Shown in pieces: positions 29,430 through 38,301 of a stretch of DNA of 64,000 nt. The position numbers and the translations under genes are program-made. The notes under the pieces were generated by a model, which ran no database searches, was not told where the DNA came from, and saw nothing but the letters and a program-made list of their open reading frames with translations. Origin of the DNA: an uncultured archaeon. GTDB lineage: Archaea > Asgardarchaeota > Lokiarchaeia > Sigyniarchaeales > SOKP01. The stretch is from positions 64,001 through 128,000 of the forward strand of contig CAZALK010000006.1 in the NCBI GenBank assembly GCA_964486045.1, written 5' to 3'. Each line of letters starts with the position of its first letter. The stretch's first letter is position 1.

Positions 29430-32400
29430 TTGAAATATTTAATTCTTTCTTATTTTGATGACTGGGAAGGCCCAAAAATATTTTTGCAACACCCAAAAAC
29501 AAAATCTCATGAAGAATTAGAACAGATTCCTCAATTAATGAATCTTTATGATAAAGGATTTTTTACTCATTCGATAAAAGGATTTACTAGCGCAAACTTA
29601 ATTTTTGATGTAGCGAGTAATTATATCAGAGGTGGATCTGAATTACTCCAAATAACAATTCTTTGTAAAGATGAATACTTGAATACAGATCTTTCAAAAA
29701 CACTTCTTGAATGGTTTGTGCATCAAGTAAATGAAATTTCTGAGGTATTTAAAGCGTTTTATCCTGAATTAGAGGAAAAACCAGCGAGTAACAATAAATA
29801 TGTTATTCCCCTTTCCACTGATTCTTCAACAGGAAAAAGGGGTAGTAGAGGTAAATTAGCACAAGTTCGAGATTTATTTTTTAATGTTTTCAATAATTTA
29901 CCTAAAGAAAGCATTACAATAAGGCGTTCAGACTCAAAAATTTTTATATTTGGATTATCTAAAGTAGGAAAATCAACGATTATAAAGGTTATTCAAGGTT
30001 ACCAAAATACAAGTACAATTCCCACTTTCAATGTGGATATTTCACAAATACTATTTAATAATATTTCTTTAATAACGTATGATGCTCCTGGGCAGACAAA
30101 ATTCCAAAATTTTTGGAAACCTTATCTAAAAAATTTGGATGGATTAGTTTTTATACTTGATATTACAGACTATTCTACTTTTCCTTAAGCTCGTGAAATT
30201 TTACACAGTATTGCTAATAAACCAAACCTTAGAAACATACCTTTATTGATACTTTATAATAAGATCGATTTAATGACCCCTGACGTAGAGAAAATCAATG
30301 ATGCACTTAGTATTGATAAATTTGGGAAAAGAGTCTGTAGACATTTTTTAACTAGTGGTTTAACAAATGAAGGAATAGTAAACGCATTCACTTGGTTGAC
30401 TAATAATATTTTGAGTCGAAGAATTTTACCTGGAGAGGAAGAGTTAGGAATAATTTTTTCACGTTGGGATGAAATTATCGGTCTTAAAATTCTTACAACA
30501 TATCCGGAAAATGTTGTTGATGATCCTGAAAGTGTCGCTCTAAAGTGTTCTTCAATATCACAATTTGTTTATGAAGGGGAACAAGTAAAAAAATCTGCGT
30601 TTATCTTGCCCTTACCACAATTGAGGGCAAAGGCAGCAATTTATTATGATTATATTCAAGATAGTTCAATCCGAGGTAATCGGTTACCTCTCTCTATAAT
30701 CTTAATTTATCAAGAAAAGATTCCAAATTCAATTATAGATAAATTTAATAGTTTAGTACTAGATAAATTTGAGCTTATTAAAAAATGTTATATGAACGAA
30801 GAGAACTTCGATAAAAATTTTTATGAGCTCCATGGAACAATTCGGGAGAGATTAAAATCTTTTAAATCTACTGTAAAAGAATTGAGAGTAGCAGAATTAC
30901 AATATAAAGCTTTGTTTAAAGCCGCTCGAGATGCAATCTTAATTATTGAGCAGAAATCAGAAATAATTATTGATGCAAATGAGCAAGCTGAGAACTTCTT
31001 TTTATTACCTTTGGAAAAAATCATTGGTTCTCACATGACTAACCTAAAATTTGATATTGAGTATGAATTGTTTAGAGAAAAAATGGCAAATCAAGTTAGT
31101 GTAGAAGGTACTCCCCCATTTGGAGCCATAATTTTGAATTCTGAGGAATCTTTCATTCCTGTGGAAATAAATGCAAGTAGAATTCAAATGGGGGGTAGAA
31201 ATTACATACAATTTATAATTCGAGATGTTACTGAGCGTAGTAAAGCCGAACAAAGATTAAGAGAATCTGAGGAAAATTATCGACTCATTTCAGAAAATGC
31301 GAATGATCTAATTATCGTTATTAATAATAAATTTGAAGGGGAGTACATAAATGAAGATGCATATCAGAATATAATGGGATATTCAAAGAAAGATGTTATA
31401 GGCAAGTCTGTTTTAGAATTTATTCATCCAGAAGATCTTCAGAAATGCACTCAAGCAATAATGAAGGGTTTCAAAAAGGGTGGAGGACGTGTTGATGCCA
31501 GATTTAGACATAATGATGGTCATTATGTATGGTTAGATATAAAAGGAAGACCTTATTACCCTAAGGAAGGTTTAGGAAAAGCGCTTTTAATTGCTCGAGA
31601 TATTTCTGAGCGAAAAAAGGCCGAATCTACTATTAAAAAGAATTTAAAGTTTGAAAAAACTGTTGGGGTCATTTCCTCTCGGTTTATTGATGCAAACGAT
31701 TTTGATAAAGCAATTAATGATACTTTACGAGATATTGGGATACTTTGTGATGCGAATCGAGCTTTTCTTTTTAGTTATAATAAAAATGATAAAACTATTG
31801 ACAACACTCATATGTGGATTGAAGAGGGAATAAAAGCCAAAATTCAGGATTTACAAAAAATCCCTAAAATGATACTTCTCTACTGGGAGCAATTAATAAT
31901 TGAAAATGGGTATGTGCATATTACGGATGTTTCAAATCTCAAATCAAGAAATTATTTTCTTAAAGAACACTTTGAAAGCCTAAAGATTACATCTTTTTTA
32001 ATTCTTCCTGTTTATGTCAGAGATAGACTCGATATAATGATGGGTTTTGACAATTTCTCAAAACCAAAAGATTTAAAAACTGATGATATTACATTATTGC
32101 GTGTAACATCAAATATCATTGGTAGTGCTATGGAACGAAGACTTTCTGAGGATATAATAAAAGAATCTGAGGAAAAATATCGATTAATAACTGAAAATGC
32201 AAATGATATGATTGGTATATTGAACGATAGGTTTGAGTGGGAATACATTAATGAAGAAACGTTTCTAAAAGTTTTAGGATACTCAAATGAAGATCTGATT
32301 GGAAAGTCATCACTACTTTTTGTTCATCCAGAAGACATACGAAGAACAGCGAGAAAGTTAAGAATAGGTTTTAAAACAGGAATAGGGAGTGATGAGCTAA

Positions 32401-34373
32401 GATTTCGAGGGAGAAATGGAGATTACGTATGGTTAGAGACAAAAGGAAGCACATTTACTAATAGAAACGGAGAGTTAAAAGCTCTTCTCATTTCAAGGGA
32501 TATTTCTGAACGTAAAAAGGCAGAGGAACGGATACGAAATTCAGAACGCAAATATCGCCATTTATACGAAAACTCTCCTAATGCAATTGTCATTAGTAAT
32601 AAGGATGGAATCATCTTGGAAAGCAATTCGATAACAACAGAGATTTTTGGATATGGAAAATCGGAATTTATAGGTAAAAATTATGCTGATTTAAGAATAT
32701 TTACCAAAGAGCAAATAATTTTACTTCAAACTAGATTTGAAGATATGATGAAGGGAAAGAAGGTACCACCCCAAGAATTTCAAATACAAAAAGAAAATGG
32801 AAAGTCAGCTTGGGTCTATTATCAAAGCTCACTTATAAAATTGCATGACGATTTTATGGTCGAAGCCTTAATTCAAGATATTTCCCAACAAAAAATAGCT
32901 GAAAAGTTATTAAGAGAATCAGAAGAAAAATATCGAGTAATCTCTGAAACGGCATATGACTTGATTGGCATCTTAAATAGCAAATTTAAGTATGAATATA
33001 TTAACGAACAAGCTTTCAAACAAATTCTCGGTTATTTTAGCAAAGATCTTATTGGAAAGTCAGCTCTGAAATTTACTCATCCCGACGACATGATAGAAAC
33101 AGCTCAAGCATTAAGGGATGGATTTAAAGAGGGAAGTGGGGGTAAAGAACTAAGATTTAAACATGCTGATGGACACTGGGTTTGGATTGAAGCAAAAGGT
33201 AAGACATATCATGACATCAATGGAGATTTAAAAGCAATTGTTATTTCAAGAGATATATCCGAAAGGAAAAAAGCTGAGCAAAAATTGCAAGCCACTGAAA
33301 GGAATCTTAGAGAAAGAGTTAAAGAACTCAGTGTTTTATTTGGGATTTCTCAAATCTTAGAAAAAGGAAATATTTCAATAGAAGAAATACTATTTGGAGT
33401 TCTTCACTTAATTCCTTCAGCTTGGCAATATCCAGAGGTGACTTGTGCAAGAATCGCATTAGATAATAAATCATATAAAACAGAAAATTTTAGAGAAACT
33501 GAATGGAAATTAATTACTCAAGTTGATATTAATGAGAAACCAATGAAAATTGAAGTTTTCTACCTTGAAGATAATCCATTTCTTGAAGAAGAAAAAGCGC
33601 TAATAAGAGAGATTGGTAATCGTTTAAAAATAACTATTGAAAAAATAGATACAGAGCAAAATTTAAGAGCGTCTGAGATAAAATATAGGAAATTGGTTAA
33701 CAGCATTTCAGATCTTTTGTTAGAGGTAGATTTAAAAGGAAAAATCACCTACGCTAGTCCTCAAATTTATGATATGTTTGGATTTACTCCTTCTGAAATT
33801 CAAAATACACGAATCCATAAGTTTATTCATCCCGATGATATGCAATACGTAATGGAAACAATGAAAAAGGGATTTGAAACGAAAAAAGAAACAACACTCG
33901 AATATCGAACTCGACATAAAGACGGTCACTATATTCATGCTTCAGTAAAAGGAATAGTATTGAGTAATGGAAGATTCTATGGTGTTGTTCGAGATATAAC
34001 TAGCATAAAAATAGCCGAACATAAGTTTAGAAGCCTGCTTGACACTTCTCCAGTTGGAATTATAGAGCTTAATTTGATAACAATGAAAATAGATTATATT
34101 AATCCGAAATTAAGGGAAGCTATTGGCTTAGATTTAGTTGAATTAAATCGAAAACACGTCTACGTAGATAATTTTGACTTATCTAACAATACAGCCATAG
34201 AATTTAAGATTTATAACAAGGGTGGATTAATTTGGTTAACTGGAAAAAAGATACTGCAACATAACAAACCAGATGAGCTAAAAAGTGCGATAATATGGAT
34301 AACTGAGATTTCTGACAATAAGAAATTAGAATCGACATACGTAGCAGCTGCTAGCAGTATACGGTTGAGATGA
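29430..34373 (+). CDS. Longin/uDENN-like - Arf-like GTPase - longin/uDENN-like - multi-PAS/GAF fusion, interrupted by one in-frame TAA at 30186-30188
   Basis: ORFs 29430-30188 and 30246-34373 are in the same frame; the gap reads AREILHSIANKPNLRNIPL. G1 GLSKVGKST, G2 PT and G3 DAPGQ lie before the stop, G4 NKID and G5 TSG after. Seven PAS repeats and two GAF-like segments follow; no HisKA/HATPase. Confidence 0.85.
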
Positions 34374-34435
34374 AGAAAAAATAAAACACCGAATATAAAT
34401 ATTAGATTTTAAAAAAGAAAATACAAAAAAAAATT

Positions 34436-34768
34436 TTAAATTACAGCTACTAAATCTTGTGATTTTACTTGCTTATTTACATATTTGTGAAATTGAAGTA
34501 CATTAAATTCGTATGGGTGTGTTTTTTTTAAGGTTTTAAAAAAATCACATTTTACACAATCTTTAGCTTTGTCAATAAATGATCCATTCACAGTACCAGT
34601 ACAAATAGTACCAGTAATATATGCACAAGCTCTACCTCCATTGTTTCCTTCGCAAAAACCATCTGCAGAAACATATGTTGCAGCGGGACATACACCCAAA
34701 GATTTAACATTCACTCCACCAACTTCTCTTCCACATTTTTTAAATTCCCAACAATTTAATTTATCCAT
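34436..34768 (-). CDS. Small Cys-rich 'two-CW'-type protein
   Basis: NCWEFKKCGRE..CPAA..GGRAC..GTIC..CVKCDFF; GGAAGGT upstream. Confidence 0.8.
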   Translation of the reverse strand: MDKLNCWEFKKCGREVGGVNVKSLGVCPAATYVSADGFCEGNNGGRACAYITGTICTGTVNGSFIDKAKDCVKCDFFKTLKKTHPYEFNVLQFHKYVNKQVKSQDLVAVI

Positions 34769-35059
34769 TTTTTTTACCTTCCATTTTTTATTATGATATT
34801 ATTATGATATTATATTATTATGTTATCTTAATTATTTAATATATAATAATTTTGATATTTAAATGTTTGCATATTTAATGAAAAATTTAGAAGAAATTCA
34901 TATTAACTGTTTTAAAACGCTCTTTTAGGAGAATCTAAAATAAATATAAATTAATCAGTAGTACAATAGAGACCTTTTTTTGAGGATTAATAAATTAAAA
35001 ACGAAATTTTAAAAAAAAATGAAAACCATATGTGGATATAGAAGTTAAAAGGTGTAATA

Positions 35060-36418
35060 ATGGAAATAAATAACACAACAAAAATAATAACAATAATGGA
35101 CAATTACCCTCAAGTCTACGATGAGATTTATAAACTTAATCCTAAAGTAAAGCGTTTTAAAAACCCAATAGCTCGTAAAACAATGGGTAAGAAGGCAACT
35201 ATAGAAATGGTATCAAAGATGTTGAAAATCCCAATTGAAAAACTAATTTCGACAATTACAGAAGCAATTGAATTGAGTAGTGGAGAACTGACAGATGAGG
35301 AACGTAAAGATATTTTAAAAAATATCCTATTAAAAATACATGAGGGAGGGGAATTTGGTGAGCTTAAAGAAATGTTCAGAAAAGCTGTGGGAGATATAAC
35401 TGCTCCTGAAATTGGCCAATTAGAGCAGGAATTAATTAGCGAGGGTACTTTAGAAATAAAAGATATCGCTAAATTAAGTGACTTACATGTAGCACTATTT
35501 AAAGAATCCTTGGATGAAAAACCAGATTATGATACCATACCTGGCCATCCCGTTCACACTTATCTTCAAGAGAACCTCGAAATTGCCAATTTGATTAGAC
35601 GAATCAGGACTGCGCAGGGGGATGAAAAATTAAGCTTATTCAAACAACTGGCACAAGTAGAACTTCATTATACCCGAAAAGAAAACCAAGTGTTTCCGAT
35701 ACTAGAAAAAATTGGGATATCGGGACCTCCTCAAGTGATGTGGGCGGTTCACGACAAGATCAGAACGGGTTTAAAAACTGAAAATATAGAAGACATTGAA
35801 CCGGTATTAGTACAAGTCGAAGATATGATTTATAAAGAAGAACATATCCTAATTCCAATGATAATGGAAGGATTCGAGGAGTCTCATTGGGTGAGTGTTC
35901 GTGATGGTGAAGAAGAGATTGGGTTTGCATTCGGTGTTACCCCCGGAACCAAGTGGAAACCAATTTCTGCAAGTGATGTTCACATACCCGTAGAAGCTAA
36001 ATCTTTAGGAGATAAGATTAACTTAGATGTTGGAAGCTTATCCCAGAAACAAATTAATATTATGCTTAAAACACTTCCTGTAGATATTACATTTGTCGAC
36101 GATAAAGACGAAGTTGCCTATTATTCTGACACTGAAGATAGGATCTTCCCTCGAAGTAAAGGTATAATTGGAAGAAAAGTTCAAAACTGCCATCCACCTG
36201 ATAGTGTCCATGTTGTAGAAGATATTTTAAATAAATTCAAATCTGGTGAAAAAGACGTGGCAGAGTTTTGGATACAAATGGAAGATAATTTCATAATGAT
36301 TCGTTATTTTGCTATGCGAGATGAAGAAGGGAAATATGTTGGCACGCTAGAAGTTTCTCAAGAACTTTCACGCTTAAGAACACTAGAAGGGGAGCGTCGA
36401 TTGGTTCAATGGTCCTAA
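35060..36418 (+). CDS. DUF438 protein (DUF1858 + hemerythrin-like + C-terminal PAS)
   Basis: GHPVHTY..EN, HYTRKEN, VMWAVHD, KEEHIL, LPVDITFVD, VQNCHPP. Confidence 0.9.
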   Translation: MEINNTTKIITIMDNYPQVYDEIYKLNPKVKRFKNPIARKTMGKKATIEMVSKMLKIPIEKLISTITEAIELSSGELTDEERKDILKNILLKIHEGGEFGELKEMFRKAVGDITAPEIGQLEQELISEGTLEIKDIAKLSDLHVALFKESLDEKPDYDTIPGHPVHTYLQENLEIANLIRRIRTAQGDEKLSLFKQLAQVELHYTRKENQVFPILEKIGISGPPQVMWAVHDKIRTGLKTENIEDIEPVLVQVEDMIYKEEHILIPMIMEGFEESHWVSVRDGEEEIGFAFGVTPGTKWKPISASDVHIPVEAKSLGDKINLDVGSLSQKQINIMLKTLPVDITFVDDKDEVAYYSDTEDRIFPRSKGIIGRKVQNCHPPDSVHVVEDILNKFKSGEKDVAEFWIQMEDNFIMIRYFAMRDEEGKYVGTLEVSQELSRLRTLEGERRLVQWS

Positions 36419-36516
36419 TTTACGTCTAAAAAAATGCAATTTTTACATTAATTCAATAATTTTATATCATATTGATATAGTCAAAATTTTTATCTATTTT
36501 TTCATTAATTTAATTC

Positions 36517-36951
36517 ATGTCAGATTTAGAACCAGTAAAGTATGAGGACTATAAAGTTGGTGATTCGGCAGAATTTACTAAAACGATAACCGAAAAAGAC
36601 GTTATGGCATTTGCAGAAGTGACTGGGGATTTCAACCCTATCCATGTTAATCCTGAATTTGCAAAAACCCAGATGTTTGGGAAACAAGTTGCACATGGAG
36701 CTTTGAGTTCTGGTTTAATTTCAGCGGTTTTAGGTACTAAATTATTTGGACCAGGCATACTATATGGAGGTCAAACAGTCAAATTTGTTAAACCTGTGTT
36801 TTTTGGTGATACATTAACCGCAATTGCCACTGTAAAAGATATGTTTACGAAAAAAGAAGGTAAATTGAAATTTATCATCTGTGATACCACTGTAAAAAAC
36901 CAGAATGATGAAGTAGTAACTACGGGAGAAGGTACAATAATATTTATGTGA
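36517..36951 (+). CDS. MaoC-family (R)-specific enoyl-CoA hydratase
   Basis: FAEVTGDFNPIH..AHG hydratase motif. Confidence 0.92.
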   Translation: MSDLEPVKYEDYKVGDSAEFTKTITEKDVMAFAEVTGDFNPIHVNPEFAKTQMFGKQVAHGALSSGLISAVLGTKLFGPGILYGGQTVKFVKPVFFGDTLTAIATVKDMFTKKEGKLKFIICDTTVKNQNDEVVTTGEGTIIFM

Positions 36952-37140
36952 CTTTTTCACTCTTTTTTTTCATTTTATTTATGTTACTATGAACCTTCTT
37001 ATATCCTAAATTTTACTTTAGTTGATATTAGTACATCTTAAATTAGTAAATGGTTTAAATTCATCATTTTCGGAAAGATTACACTTATTTTTCTTTGTTC
37101 AAAAATATACCCGAGTATATTCCTAATTATCTCAAATTAT

Positions 37141-38301
37141 TTATAGTCCTAACTGTTCTTTCATCTTATCCGCTCCTGGCCAGTTTTGTAGAGTAATATA
37201 CCGTCGGTCACGAATGATCAAGCCATCTTTGTCTAGCAGAAGAAATGAAATAAAGGGTGTCTCCTTGAAGATTCCCTTTACGTTCCAGGAAATGATACCT
37301 TCTACCACTACTTGGTTTCCTTTGGCATAAATCATAGCGAGACGCATTTTCCTGTCTGGTGCTTTTTCTTTAATGATTGCCTCGATTTTTTTTGCTATAC
37401 CCAGATTATAGGAGCATCTCTGTGTTGGTAGCTGCATTCTGAACCTTTTTGTGTGGAAAATCTTAGCATTGAGGTTGGTGTTGTAGGTATCTAGCCATTC
37501 ATTTTCGATAATTAACAGATTTCTCTTTTCCAAATCGCTGAGGTTGAGTGTTGATTGCTGGGATTTCTGGTAATCGTATAACTGATCCGTTACGCCCTTT
37601 TTCTGTGATTGATTTCCTGTTCCCGATGTACTCTGTTCTCGTCTACCGCGCGAAGATGGCCAATTATCTAAATCAATGTAGCTTCGATCCATCAGGACTG
37701 TGCCGTCCACATCATAAAGTAGCACTACGCCAAAAGCAGTTTCTCTCAAGATATTATCTTTGCTCCAGGTGACGATGACCTCAGTCAAAATCTGGTTGTT
37801 GACTGGGATGATGGAACCGATCCGTATGATACGATCTGGATTGCCAAGGAAAGATCGCCATGATGCTCTTGGAGTTATCTTTCGGGAGTTTTCCATGATT
37901 TTCCATCCTGTTCTTTCCATCCATGCATCGAAATTAGCTTGCACTCCTTCAGCAGTTGTGTAAACTCGATTTCTATCCTCCACTGCTGGCACAAAATATT
38001 TAATACCCATAAGATAAGTCTGTAGCGCCATCTGTAGTACTGCTCCCCGGTACAGGAAGGGATAGGCTGCATTACCTACGATATAAATATTATATGCATC
38101 TCGCCACAGGATTTCTGTAACTTCTTTATTGCGCTTTTCCAGTTCTGTCAGCTCACCGGGATTTACTTTATCTCGGTAGATAAAATGTAGGGGTACATTA
38201 TCAAAAACGAAGAAATAGTCCAATGGTCGGTTCTTGGTGATTTTCTGATAAAACGCATCTCTTTCCTGATCTGTTAATGTTAATTTTTCTATAATCGTCA
38301 C
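37141..38301 (-). CDS. Hypothetical protein with two internally repeated SnoaL/NTF2-like domains
   Basis: Internal repeat ELEKRN..NNQILTE..ET.F..DRSYI..NWP versus DLEKRN..GNQVVVE..ETPF..DRRYI..NWP; GTG start abuts the upstream stop. Confidence 0.7.
   Translation of the reverse strand: MTIIEKLTLTDQERDAFYQKITKNRPLDYFFVFDNVPLHFIYRDKVNPGELTELEKRNKEVTEILWRDAYNIYIVGNAAYPFLYRGAVLQMALQTYLMGIKYFVPAVEDRNRVYTTAEGVQANFDAWMERTGWKIMENSRKITPRASWRSFLGNPDRIIRIGSIIPVNNQILTEVIVTWSKDNILRETAFGVVLLYDVDGTVLMDRSYIDLDNWPSSRGRREQSTSGTGNQSQKKGVTDQLYDYQKSQQSTLNLSDLEKRNLLIIENEWLDTYNTNLNAKIFHTKRFRMQLPTQRCSYNLGIAKKIEAIIKEKAPDRKMRLAMIYAKGNQVVVEGIISWNVKGIFKETPFISFLLLDKDGLIIRDRRYITLQNWPGADKMKEQLGL

Noticed and set aside
30186-30188. 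Selenocysteine or pyrrolysine recoding of the in-frame stop
   Set aside because: The codon is TAA, not TGA or TAG, and TAA terminates many genes in this window.
30246-34373. Calling the large PAS protein a histidine kinase
   Set aside because: No H-box or N/G1/G2 boxes; the ORF ends right after the last PAS domain.
34785-34860. AT-rich short repeats as a CRISPR array or replication origin
   Set aside because: Low-complexity tandem of ~11 nt without spacers; no cas or cdc6/orc gene nearby.
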